DNA of 50,703 nucleotides from Bacteroidota bacterium. Lineage in GTDB: Bacteria; Bacteroidota; Ignavibacteria; Kapaibacteriales; UBA2268. Below are positions 8,987 to 17,531 of the stretch, piece after piece (within the stretch, counting starts at the first letter, position 1; each line of letters starts with the position of its first letter). The stretch spans positions 1 through 50,703 of the forward strand of contig WRLB01000002.1 in the NCBI GenBank assembly GCA_009777815.1. The letters are read 5' to 3'. Under the pieces are notes generated by a model. The model saw nothing but the letters and a program-made list of their open reading frames with translations. It searched no databases and had not been told where the DNA came from. The translations under genes and the position numbers were made by a program.

Positions 8987-10075
8987 ATGCAATTTAATAT
9001 CACAAAAAATACTGATACACGATATAACGCAATAGATTGGAATAATTTGCGTTTCGGTGTATATTTTTCGGACCATTTTTTTATAGCAAAATATAAAGAT
9101 GGTAGATGGAATAATGGTGAAATTGTTCCTTATGGTCCGCTTTCATTTGAGCCGGCGCTTTGCACGTTTCATTATGCTCAATCTTGTTTTGAAGGATTAA
9201 AAGCATTTAATTGTATGGACGCAAGCGGCAATATAACTGGCAATGCAAATATATTTAGACCGAGAAAAAATGCAGAACGGTTAAATATGTCAGGCGAAAG
9301 ATTATGTATGCCTTCTATTGATGTGGATTTTCAGATAGAGGCGATGAAAGAATTGGTTAGGACAGACCAAAAATTCATTCCTAAACAAAGGGGACAATCT
9401 CTTTATTTACGTCCTTTTATAATCGGTTCGGGCAATTTTTTAGGAGTCCAAGCATCGTCTGAATACTTGTATATGATAATCACTTCGCCTGTTGCATCGT
9501 ATTATGCTAACGGCTTGGAGCCGATAAAAATACTGGTAGAAGATAAATATGTTCGTGCAGTTCGTGGCGGATTAGGATTTACCAAAGCGGCGGCAAATTA
9601 TGCAGCATCGTTATATGGCGGCACAAAAGCACGCGAACGAGGTTTTTCGCAAGTGTTATGGCTCGACGGCGTAGAGTTCAAATATGTAGACGAAGTTGGA
9701 GCAATGAATATAATGTTTTTGATTGATGGCGAATTGATAACTCCAACATTGGAACAAGGTTCAATTTTGCCTGGAATTACGCGGATGAGCATATTAGAAA
9801 TAGCAAAAGATATGGGCATAAAAGTAAGTGAAAGACGCATCGAAATACAAGAAATAATAGATGCACATAAAACAGGAAAACTGCAAGAATGCTTTGGCAC
9901 AGGCACAGCAGCAATAATATCGCCTGTCGGTCAATTAACTTACAAAACCGAAAATATGGTTATCAACGACAACAAAATTGGTCAACTTTCACAGAAATTA
10001 TACGATACAATTTTAGATATACAATACAGCGATACCGCCGATAAAAAGGGCTGGAATGAGCATTTTAAATTATAA
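8987..10075 (+). CDS. ilvE: Branched-chain amino acid aminotransferase (class IV)
   Basis: FSDHFF...GPLSFEPALCTFHYAQSCFEGLKAF...IFRPRKNAERL...YLRPF...AAANYAASL...GITR are typical of the long-form IlvE. Confidence 0.93.
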   Translation: MQFNITKNTDTRYNAIDWNNLRFGVYFSDHFFIAKYKDGRWNNGEIVPYGPLSFEPALCTFHYAQSCFEGLKAFNCMDASGNITGNANIFRPRKNAERLNMSGERLCMPSIDVDFQIEAMKELVRTDQKFIPKQRGQSLYLRPFIIGSGNFLGVQASSEYLYMIITSPVASYYANGLEPIKILVEDKYVRAVRGGLGFTKAAANYAASLYGGTKARERGFSQVLWLDGVEFKYVDEVGAMNIMFLIDGELITPTLEQGSILPGITRMSILEIAKDMGIKVSERRIEIQEIIDAHKTGKLQECFGTGTAAIISPVGQLTYKTENMVINDNKIGQLSQKLYDTILDIQYSDTADKKGWNEHFKL

Positions 10076-10090
10076 TATGGAGTTGAAAAA

Positions 10091-10435
10091 ATGAAGAAAA
10101 TACTTTTATTATTCGCTTTAATTTTTGTATTATTTGGCTGTAAAAAAGATGATACAACCGAGCCGACAAATACAGATTGTGCGACACAATTAGAGACATC
10201 TAAAAGATGTAAAGCAGTTTTGCCACCTTGCGATGGCGAACAATTGCCAAGTTCTATCAAGTGTTTGGCAAAAACAAATTCAGGTGTTCGTTGCCAAAAC
10301 AATACGTTAAATAAGTGTGGTTATTGTTCACAAGTGCCAACACATAAAGACCAATGGGACGGCATTTGCCCTAACGAAACTAAAAATGCTTGTGGTTATT
10401 GCGAAGACCATAAAGACCAATATCAAGGAAAATGA
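10091..10435 (+). CDS. Cys-rich small lipoprotein with a duplicated CGYC..HKDQ motif
   Basis: Signal peptide plus lipobox (LFGC). The 114 aa product has 12 Cys. A GGAG lies 9 nt upstream, and the gene starts 15 nt after the ilvE stop. Confidence 0.7.
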   Translation: MKKILLLFALIFVLFGCKKDDTTEPTNTDCATQLETSKRCKAVLPPCDGEQLPSSIKCLAKTNSGVRCQNNTLNKCGYCSQVPTHKDQWDGICPNETKNACGYCEDHKDQYQGK

Positions 10436-10484
10436 TGTGAGTTAAATAAGGAGATGCCGTGTCAATTGCGGCATAACAACAGAA

Positions 10485-10563
10485 CCACCCCGTCATTTGC
10501 TTCAGCAAATGACACCCCTCCTCTGAGGGGAACTGTTCCCCTCCTGTGGAGGGGTAGGGGTGG
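10485..10563 (+). repeat. Cloverleaf-like GC-rich element, copy 1
   Basis: The outer stem CCACCCC/GGGGTGG encloses three hairpins (GTCATTTGC/GCAAATGAC, CCCCTC/GAGGGG, CCCCTCC/GGAGGGG). A second copy lies in the same orientation at 17607-17686. Confidence 0.8.
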
Positions 10564-10614
10564 TAAATTAGTATGGGGGCTTGCCTCCGTGCTTTTTATA
10601 ATAAAAAAATAATG

Positions 10615-10622
10615 TATATTTG
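10615..10622 (+). promoter_or_regulatory. -7 box TATATTTG only 7 nt before the queE ATG (possible leaderless mRNA)
   Basis: AAAAAAATAATGTATATTTGTAAATAAATG. Confidence 0.45.
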
Positions 10623-10629
10623 TAAATAA

Positions 10630-11289
10630 ATGATTAAAGTTAGTGAAATTTTTTGTTCATTGCAAGGTGAAAGCACAAAAATAGGGAAGTTATGTGTCTT
10701 TGTTAGATTAGCAGGATGCAACCTAAATTGTAAATGGTGCGACACCGAATATGCTTCTAATAGCGTAAATGCTAATGAAATGCTCGCAACAGAAATTATT
10801 GATTGCGTAAAAAAATATGATTGTAATTTTGTGGAAATAACAGGCGGCGAACCACTAATACAGAGTGAAACCAAAGAATTAGCCAATAAATTAGTAAAAT
10901 TAGGGTATGAAGTTGCGATAGAAACTAATGGTAGTGTGCTATTAGCGGGGTTAGATAAGGAAATAATAAAGATAATGGATATAAAATGTCCTGCGTCAGG
11001 GATGGCTAAAAATAACCTTTATGAAAATATAAATTACTTAAATAAAAGAGATGAAATCAAGTTTGTAATAGCGAGTAAAGATGATTTTTATTGGAGTATT
11101 GACGTAATAAAAAGGTATAATTTGGATGAAAAAGTAGATAATATCTTGTTTTCAGCAGTAGCATCGGCGATAAGATATAGTGATTTAGCAGAACTAATTT
11201 TGTCGGTAAAAGATGCAAAAATAAGGGAAGTAATTAGAATGCAATTGCAATTACATAAAATAATTTGGGGCAATGAAAAAGGAAGATAA
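10630..11289 (+). CDS. queE: 7-carboxy-7-deazaguanine synthase (radical SAM)
   Basis: The N-terminus reads IKVSEIFCSLQGES, followed by the cluster motif CNLNCKWCDT. Confidence 0.9.
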   Translation: MIKVSEIFCSLQGESTKIGKLCVFVRLAGCNLNCKWCDTEYASNSVNANEMLATEIIDCVKKYDCNFVEITGGEPLIQSETKELANKLVKLGYEVAIETNGSVLLAGLDKEIIKIMDIKCPASGMAKNNLYENINYLNKRDEIKFVIASKDDFYWSIDVIKRYNLDEKVDNILFSAVASAIRYSDLAELILSVKDAKIREVIRMQLQLHKIIWGNEKGR

Positions 11290-11395
11290 GAGAATAAAAA
11301 AGTATAGAAAAATATTTTAAATCTGTTATTTGTATCAAAAAAAGTGTAATTATGTAAAAATTACTTAAAACGGATGCTAAATAAGTAGTAAAATT

Positions 11396-11477
11396 TACTG
11401 CTTTAGCAGTAAACGGATACTGCTTTAGCAGTAAACGGATACTGCTTTAGCAGTAAACGGATACTGCTTTAGCAGGA
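11396..11477. repeat. Tandem array of a 22 bp hairpin unit (3.7 copies)
   Basis: The unit is TACTGCTTTAGCAGTAAACGGA, and each unit contains the inverted repeat TACTGCT/AGCAGTA. There are three perfect copies, one truncated copy and degenerate copies on both sides. Confidence 0.9.
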
Positions 11478-11488
11478 CAAATGTACTG

Positions 11489-12607
11489 CTATTTTGAATC
11501 CGTTTCACTTTTTTTATGAAAGAATGAAGAGATTGTTCCTGCTATATTGTGTAAGGGCTGAACTTCGTGTGCAATTTTATTATCTATCACAGAGCCGGGC
11601 ATACCTGCTACAACGCAACTATCTTTTGATTGTGCTATCACATAACCGCCTGCTTTATTTAAGTTATTTAGTGCTATTTGTCCATCATTTCCCATACCCG
11701 TCATTATAATTCCAACTGCTTTATCTTTATATACATCAACTACAGAGTTCACCATAACATTTACAGACGGATTAAATAGTTCGCCTTTAATTTTATCTGT
11801 AACTTGTAATGTATCGTGTTTAGATACGAGCATCTGGTATCCGCCTTTTGCTATATATACTGTTCCTGGTTTTAGTTGGATGCCATCTTCGGCTTCTACA
11901 ACTTTTAAAGCGGAAGTTTGGTCTAACCTATTTGCTAAACTTGCAGTAAAATGTGGTGGCATATGTTGAACTATAAGTATCGGAACAGGATAATTAGCAG
12001 AAATGGCGGGTATTACTTCTTGCAAAGCAACAGGTCCGCCTGTTGAAATGCCTATACAAACAATTTTAATATCTTCGGCTTTTGGTCGGCGTTTATTACC
12101 TGTATAATTAGGCGAAACAAGTGATTGAGTTTTAGGAACTATTTTAGGTTCGGGTTGTATAGCAGTTTGTGTATGACCTGAACGACTAAATTTTGCTTTT
12201 AAGTTTGCTCTAACAAATTTATTAGAACCCCAGGCAACTATTTTTTTTATTAGTTCATCTTTGGCAGTAGATGATTCTTGCGGTGTAGATTCTTTAGATA
12301 CGAAGTCCAATGCTCCGTATTCTAATGCTTTCATTGTAACTTCTGAACCTTCTTTAGATAATGAAGAAAAAACGATAATTGGAGTAGGATTAGTTGCCAT
12401 TACTTGTTTAATTTCTTCTAATCCGTCCATTACGGGCATTTCTATATCTGTAAGAATTACATCGGGGTGGAGTGAGAGATTTTTTTCTACTGCTTCTTTG
12501 CCGTTATTTGCAGTTCCTATTATTTCTATTTCGGGGACTGCTAACATTTTTTTAATAGCGTTCCTCATAAAAATAGAATCATCAACGAGAAGTAATTTTA
12601 CTGCCAT
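11489..12607 (-). CDS. cheB: Chemotaxis response regulator protein-glutamate methylesterase
   Basis: An N-terminal receiver domain (LLLVDDS...DIEMPVMDG) and a C-terminal CheB methylesterase domain (IGISTGGPVAL, HMPP.FT, GMGNDG). Confidence 0.93.
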   Translation of the reverse strand: MAVKLLLVDDSIFMRNAIKKMLAVPEIEIIGTANNGKEAVEKNLSLHPDVILTDIEMPVMDGLEEIKQVMATNPTPIIVFSSLSKEGSEVTMKALEYGALDFVSKESTPQESSTAKDELIKKIVAWGSNKFVRANLKAKFSRSGHTQTAIQPEPKIVPKTQSLVSPNYTGNKRRPKAEDIKIVCIGISTGGPVALQEVIPAISANYPVPILIVQHMPPHFTASLANRLDQTSALKVVEAEDGIQLKPGTVYIAKGGYQMLVSKHDTLQVTDKIKGELFNPSVNVMVNSVVDVYKDKAVGIIMTGMGNDGQIALNNLNKAGGYVIAQSKDSCVVAGMPGSVIDNKIAHEVQPLHNIAGTISSFFHKKSETDSK

Positions 12608-12632
12608 ATTAGTTATCTTTAATTAATTTATA

Positions 12633-12640
12633 CAAAAATA
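12633..12640 (-). promoter_or_regulatory. -7 box for cheB
   Basis: The minus strand reads AAAAAAACATTATTTTTGTATAAA, 26 nt upstream of the start. Confidence 0.5.
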
Positions 12641-12725
12641 ATGTTTTTTTATGAAAAAACCTTTCTATAAAACTTCAGCATATTCTTATAATTTAGGTGG
12701 TGCAAAACTTATTATAGCACATTCT

Positions 12726-14498
12726 CTACGTTCTGTTTGCGTATAATGAGGCACCGTAGGCACCCATTAGTTCGGGAATATTAGAACAAATTACGTTTTG
12801 TTCTACTAATTTTTCTAATGCTTTTATTATGGATTTATTTCTAAATGTTCCGCCCTGAACTACGATATTGCATCCTAATTCAGCAAGATTTTTTATCTTC
12901 AATACTTTATACAAACAATTTTTAACTACTGAGTATGCCAGTCCTGCTGCTATATCTGATATTGTTGCACCTTCACGTAAAAATTGTTTTACTTTTGAGT
13001 TCATAAATACTGTGCAACGAGTCCCTAAATCACAAGGATGGGTAGCAAAACAAGCACAATTTGCAAAATCGGATACGCTGTATTTCAAACTATTAGCAAA
13101 ACCCTCTATAAAACTTCCGCAACCCGAACTACACGCTTCATTTACTTCTAAACGATTTATAGCACCATTATCTACAAATATTGCCTTCATATCCTGCCCA
13201 CCTATGTCCAAAATAAAACTAACATTGTCTTTAAACTTCCTTGCCGCAGTGTAATGTGCTATTGTTTCAACAATACCATAATCAATATTAAATGCAGTTT
13301 TAACAAGGTCTTCGCCATATCCTGTAACAGCACTTTTAGTTATTTTCATTGTTTTTCCTGTTTCGTCTAATTTATTTTGCAACTTTGAAAAGCCATTAAC
13401 TATTGCATCAAGTGGCTTGCCATTATTCTTATTATAATAAGAAAAAACTATATCTTCGTTGCTGTTTATAACGACTATTTTTGTCGTTGTAGAACCCGAA
13501 TCTATACCACAATAAAAGTTATCATTATCGTCTATTTCAGTGATGTCAAGTATCTTAATTTTAGTTTTTTCTTTTTCTTTGTTCCATAAAATAAATTCTT
13601 CTTCGTCATTAAAAAGTATATCTAAACGTTCTGTATAATTGTCCGTATTAACATCACCAAAGTTTTGTATTAAATGTAAAAAATCTGAAATTTTTGTTTC
13701 TAATCTTTGTTCATTTCCTGTTGGTTCATATATAGCACATCCCCAAGCGGGTATGTATTGCGAATGCTCCGACATCACACAATCTTCTTTTTTTAGATTT
13801 AATTTAGACATAAAAAACTTCGGCAACTCTGTCAAAAAAGTTAGCGGACCGCCACAAAAAAATACTTTCGGAACAATATCATATCCTCTTGCTAATGAAG
13901 TTATTGTTTGCAGTGCCACAGCATTAAAGATAGAAGCCGCTATGTCCTCGCGTGAAACATTTTTGGCTATAAGATTTTGCACATCAGTTTTAGTAAATAC
14001 TCCGCATCTTGATGCTATCGGATAGATATTTTTGTAATTGGCAGCAAGTTTATTTATTTCTAATACTTCTATTCCTAACAATGATGCAACTTGGTCTATA
14101 AATGCTCCTGTTCCTCCCGCACAACTTCCGTTCATTCGTATATCGGGGACTTTTCCTTCTTCGAAAAATATCATTTTTGCATCTTCGCCACCAATATCTA
14201 TCAATGTTTTTATGTCGCTATATTTTTGTTTTATTACTTCGGCTGCAGCAAGAACTTCTTGTTTAAAAGGAATATTAAACTTTTCTGCCACTCCCATACC
14301 TGCTGAACCCGTAATTAAAATACTGATATTAGCATCACCTACTTCTTTTTTTGCCTTCAAAAAAGAAGTAGAAAGTGAGTTCAATATATCGGCATTATGT
14401 CGCTGATAGTCCGAAAACACTATATTTCCATCAACAGTAAATACTATTTTTACGGTAGTAGATCCTATATCTATACCTACTCTGTAAAATTGGTTCAT
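12726..14498 (-). CDS. Double BadF/BadG/BcrA/BcrD-type ATPase (acyl-CoA dehydratase activase-like)
   Basis: Two ASKHA-fold modules each start with a GIDxGST(T) phosphate-1 motif (VGIDIGSTTVK, CGIDSGSTTTK). CSSGCGSF matches the cluster-helix Cys of activases. Confidence 0.85.
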   Translation of the reverse strand: MNQFYRVGIDIGSTTVKIVFTVDGNIVFSDYQRHNADILNSLSTSFLKAKKEVGDANISILITGSAGMGVAEKFNIPFKQEVLAAAEVIKQKYSDIKTLIDIGGEDAKMIFFEEGKVPDIRMNGSCAGGTGAFIDQVASLLGIEVLEINKLAANYKNIYPIASRCGVFTKTDVQNLIAKNVSREDIAASIFNAVALQTITSLARGYDIVPKVFFCGGPLTFLTELPKFFMSKLNLKKEDCVMSEHSQYIPAWGCAIYEPTGNEQRLETKISDFLHLIQNFGDVNTDNYTERLDILFNDEEEFILWNKEKEKTKIKILDITEIDDNDNFYCGIDSGSTTTKIVVINSNEDIVFSYYNKNNGKPLDAIVNGFSKLQNKLDETGKTMKITKSAVTGYGEDLVKTAFNIDYGIVETIAHYTAARKFKDNVSFILDIGGQDMKAIFVDNGAINRLEVNEACSSGCGSFIEGFANSLKYSVSDFANCACFATHPCDLGTRCTVFMNSKVKQFLREGATISDIAAGLAYSVVKNCLYKVLKIKNLAELGCNIVVQGGTFRNKSIIKALEKLVEQNVICSNIPELMGAYGASLYANRT

Positions 14499-14542
14499 AC
14501 TTTATATTACATATTTTTCACCAAAATAAGTATAATTTTATG

Positions 14543-14550
14543 CAAAAATA
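14543..14550 (-). promoter_or_regulatory. -7 box for the activase gene
   Basis: The minus strand reads AAAAAAAACCTTATTTTTGCATAAAA. Confidence 0.5.
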
Positions 14551-14591
14551 AGGTTTTTTTTGTGAAAATAGTTTTATTTTAGAAATAAGGA

Positions 14592-14699
14592 TATGCTGAA
14601 GCAAGTTCAGCATAACAGAATAAAATAACGTGTCATTCCGAACTTGTTTCGGAATCCCCTAATACTATGCAAGGAAATGCCGAAGCAAGTGCGGTATGA
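14592..14699. repeat. Intergenic nested-palindrome elements (full copy plus an extra hairpin)
   Basis: TATGCTGAAGCAAGTTCAGCATA, then TGTCATTCCGAACTTGTTTCGGAATCCCCT...AAGGAAATGCCGAAGCAAGTGCGGTATGA. Confidence 0.8.
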
Positions 14700-14753
14700 A
14701 TTTTTAGACATTATCTTATTTTTTAAATAATATATTTTATTCCAAATAATAAC

Positions 14754-14761
14754 TATTTTTG
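14754..14761 (+). promoter_or_regulatory. -7 box TATTTTTG 13 nt before the rsmG ATG
   Basis: AACTATTTTTGCATAAAAGTAATTATG. Confidence 0.45.
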
Positions 14762-14774
14762 CATAAAAGTAATT

Positions 14775-15437
14775 ATGTATATGGACTGGACTGAATTTTG
14801 GACAATACTTTCTGTTAATGGAATTATACTTGAGCCAAAGCAAATAGAAATATTTAAACGATACCACAAAGAACTTATATATTGGAATGAAAAAATAAAT
14901 CTTATATCCCGACAAGATGAAAGCAATATTTTAGAAAAACATTTTATACATTCCTTATCAATACTAAAATATGTTGATATTCCTATAAAAGCACAATGTT
15001 TAGACATAGGAACTGGTGGCGGTTTCCCGGGATTAGTATTAAAAATTGCCCGTCCAGATGTAAATATGATATTATTAGATTCTATTAAAAAAAAAATAAA
15101 TACAACAAAAATGCTTGCACAACATACGGAATTACGTGGTATAAATTGCGTCCTTGATAGAGCAGAAAATTTATGCAATGAAAAAAAATATAACAAATAC
15201 TTCGACATAATTTTATCTCGGGCAGTAGCAAAAACAGATAAATTAATTGGTTGGACTATTCCGTTAATTAAAGATAATGGAAAGTTTATATTTTTGAAAG
15301 GTGGTGATTTGGGCGAAGAAATTAATCAAGCAAAAAATAAGTATCGCAATCTAAATTTTGAAGTAAAAGATATAAATATATTAGGATGCAAATCAATAAG
15401 TTCGGCAGAAAAAAAGATAATCATTGTCCATAAATAA
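14775..15437 (+). CDS. rsmG: 16S rRNA (guanine527-N7)-methyltransferase
   Basis: NLISRQDESNILEKHFIHSL and LDIGTGGGFPGLVLKIARPD are the GidB/RsmG signature. Confidence 0.9.
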   Translation: MYMDWTEFWTILSVNGIILEPKQIEIFKRYHKELIYWNEKINLISRQDESNILEKHFIHSLSILKYVDIPIKAQCLDIGTGGGFPGLVLKIARPDVNMILLDSIKKKINTTKMLAQHTELRGINCVLDRAENLCNEKKYNKYFDIILSRAVAKTDKLIGWTIPLIKDNGKFIFLKGGDLGEEINQAKNKYRNLNFEVKDINILGCKSISSAEKKIIIVHK

Positions 15438-15540
15438 TTTGTTATGGTGGCATCTAAAAATATATTTTTACATATTCATTATACTGAAACAAATTTGCCA
15501 TAACATTTTTAGAGACACTTTATTGCTATAAACAAAAAAA

Positions 15541-15577
15541 ACACAGCGGACTTTCTTATAGCCGCTGTGTTTTTTTG
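15541..15577 (+). terminator. Rho-independent terminator
   Basis: Stem ACACAGCGG/CCGCTGTGT followed by TTTTTTT. Confidence 0.8.
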
Positions 15578-15637
15578 ATTGCCGTTACGATACGGTAGGA
15601 ATGAAAAATAATTATTTACTTTTTTTTCAAAAAAACT

Positions 15638-15645
15638 TATTTTTG
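15638..15645 (+). promoter_or_regulatory. -7 box TATTTTTG
   Basis: TTTTTTTCAAAAAAACTTATTTTTGTAAAAAT, 25 nt before the ATG at 15670. Confidence 0.55.
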
Positions 15646-15669
15646 TAAAAATTAAATTGTTATAAAGTT

Positions 15670-16275
15670 ATGAATTTAAATTTAAAATTTAGTTGGCAAT
15701 ATGCCATAATTTTAACAGCGTTGGCTGTTTGTTTAATATTTTTCTGTAGTTGTGAGAATGATGAGCCAGAATATAAAATATCATCAGGACTCACCAATGG
15801 TAAATCCTATCAGTTAACAAAGGTTGCAAATGTTACTCCTACTATGGTAAATCTTTGGTTTATTAATGAGAAAGGTGACCCTGATTCGCTTTCTAACTAC
15901 ATCAAAGAAAAGTATGCAATGCTGTATATTTGGAAAACAGGTTGTGGTATTTGCAATGCTACTATACCAAATGTAATAAAAGTAGCAAGTGAACGTAAAG
16001 ACCTTGTAGTTCTTGGCATTTCATTGCGTGGTAATGTATCGGATTACAAATCTTATATATCTGAAAAAGGATATAACTTTCCAAATTTATTAAGTGATGG
16101 TGCTACGGGTGCATACTATATTTATTCCACATTTGGAACAGTTAGTGGAGATGGTGCAACTATTAATACGCCAACTATTGTGCTTATAAATAAGGACTTT
16201 ACTGTATATAAAAAGACATCAGGTTTGCATACTAAGGCGACATTAGATAACTACCTCAATGATATGATGAAATAA
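15670..16275 (+). CDS. Thioredoxin-fold (TlpA/redoxin-like) lipoprotein
   Basis: Signal peptide with Cys (IFFCSC). The CxxC active site sits in WKTGCGICN. Confidence 0.7.
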   Translation: MNLNLKFSWQYAIILTALAVCLIFFCSCENDEPEYKISSGLTNGKSYQLTKVANVTPTMVNLWFINEKGDPDSLSNYIKEKYAMLYIWKTGCGICNATIPNVIKVASERKDLVVLGISLRGNVSDYKSYISEKGYNFPNLLSDGATGAYYIYSTFGTVSGDGATINTPTIVLINKDFTVYKKTSGLHTKATLDNYLNDMMK

Positions 16276-16401
16276 AAATAATTAATTTCTGTTTTATATA
16301 TATGAAACCTTATAGCGTCCTATTAGCGAAGGTTAAGGAATAATTGTTTGAATTGTTATGATAATTTCACAAAGTTTAGAAATTGTCTTATAAGTTCTAT
16401 A

Positions 16402-17202
16402 TTATAAACCTGCTATACAATAGACAGCAGTTGTATAAAAATTTCTTATAAATGGAACTGCTGCTAAAATATTAGGTAATTTTCTAGGTCTTAATTTAAA
16501 TTTAATTTCATAATTTGGATTAATAAAATATAAAATTTCTTCATAAACTTTGTAGTTTGATTGTTTTAAAATTTTCCTAAATCTTTCAATAGAAATTCTT
16601 GTTTCTCTAATATCCATCAGTTCTTTAACTACCGTATTATTAGTTTCTACAATTAAATTTTCTCCTTCAAAACATTTTAATACAAATCTATAAATTTTTT
16701 TTGGCAAAAGATGAATAAACGGAACTAATGATATTTTTGAATAACAGATTTGTTGATGTCCGCCAAAAGGATTATGCCAGGGCGGAAAAGCGAAAAATAT
16801 TTTACCATTATGTCTAAGAAATTTTTTTACATATTCCATAAACTTTTCTTGATATGGAATATGCTCTATAACATCCCTTATTATTATTAAATCAAATTGA
16901 AAATTATTTTGATTAACTTTATAAATATCTTCAACAAAAAGTTTTAAATTAGTATTATTAGGGTGGTTTTTAAAATTTTGCTTTCCTAATTCAATTTTTT
17001 TTTGACTTAAATCTAATCCAACACATTTGCAGCCCAAATCTAAAAATGGTTTTAAGTTCCCGCCTTCTCCACAACCAATTTCTAATACATTAACATCAGA
17101 ATTAATTGACAAAAAATTATTTATAAATGGAATAACATATTTTTTTGTTGTATATTCTTGTTCGCTGAAATATATATTTCTATCTCTATGTCTTTCTTGC
17201 AT
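16402..17202 (-). CDS. Class I SAM-dependent methyltransferase
   Basis: Motif I is VLEIGCGEGGN and the acidic post-I loop is VGLDLS. Confidence 0.85.
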   Translation of the reverse strand: MQERHRDRNIYFSEQEYTTKKYVIPFINNFLSINSDVNVLEIGCGEGGNLKPFLDLGCKCVGLDLSQKKIELGKQNFKNHPNNTNLKLFVEDIYKVNQNNFQFDLIIIRDVIEHIPYQEKFMEYVKKFLRHNGKIFFAFPPWHNPFGGHQQICYSKISLVPFIHLLPKKIYRFVLKCFEGENLIVETNNTVVKELMDIRETRISIERFRKILKQSNYKVYEEILYFINPNYEIKFKLRPRKLPNILAAVPFIRNFYTTAVYCIAGL

Positions 17203-17357
17203 ATTATATATATTTTATATATTATAACGCACCGCTGTGCATTTATCAAAAAAATAAATTATTTTTTACTGCTGTTCCATATACTATTACTTCTGATGCA
17301 GTTTGCATAATGGAACCCGATTTATTTTCTTTATAAAAATACGATTTTAGTATTTTG

Positions 17358-17431
17358 CACACCCGAAGGGAGTCGAACCCCTAACCTCTTGATCCGTAGT
17401 CAAGCACTCTATCCAATTGAGCCACGGGTGC
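17358..17431 (-). tRNA. tRNA-Arg (anticodon ACG)
   Basis: The reverse complement folds as a 74 nt cloverleaf: GCACCCG-TG-GCTC..GAGT-G-CTTGA-CTACGGA-TCAAG-AGGTT-AGGGG-TTCGACT-CCCTT-CGGGTGT-G. It has a G1-U72 wobble pair, and CCA is not encoded. Confidence 0.9.
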
Positions 17432-17531
17432 AGCATTATCTTATTTTTTTTATTAAACTGAAATAACTAATTACAAAAATAATAAAAATATTTGAAAAAA
17501 ACAAATTTTATTTTTTTTAATATTTTTCTAA

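Noticed and set aside
10436-10629. preQ1 riboswitch upstream of queE
   Set aside because: The gap is filled by the cloverleaf element and the palindromic hairpins, which also occur at a locus unrelated to queuosine (17607-17714). The promoter box lies downstream of them, so they would not be in the queE leader.
11396-11477. Possible CRISPR array (also considered for 39889-40109)
   Set aside because: The units are directly abutting with no unique spacers, the unit lengths (22 and 20 bp) are too short, and there are no cas genes.
14607-15208. Minus-strand ORFs 14607-14915 and 14753-15208
   Set aside because: They overlap the rsmG coding frame and the repeat elements (peptide ...GFRNKFGMTRY). 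rsmG on the plus strand has clear family motifs.
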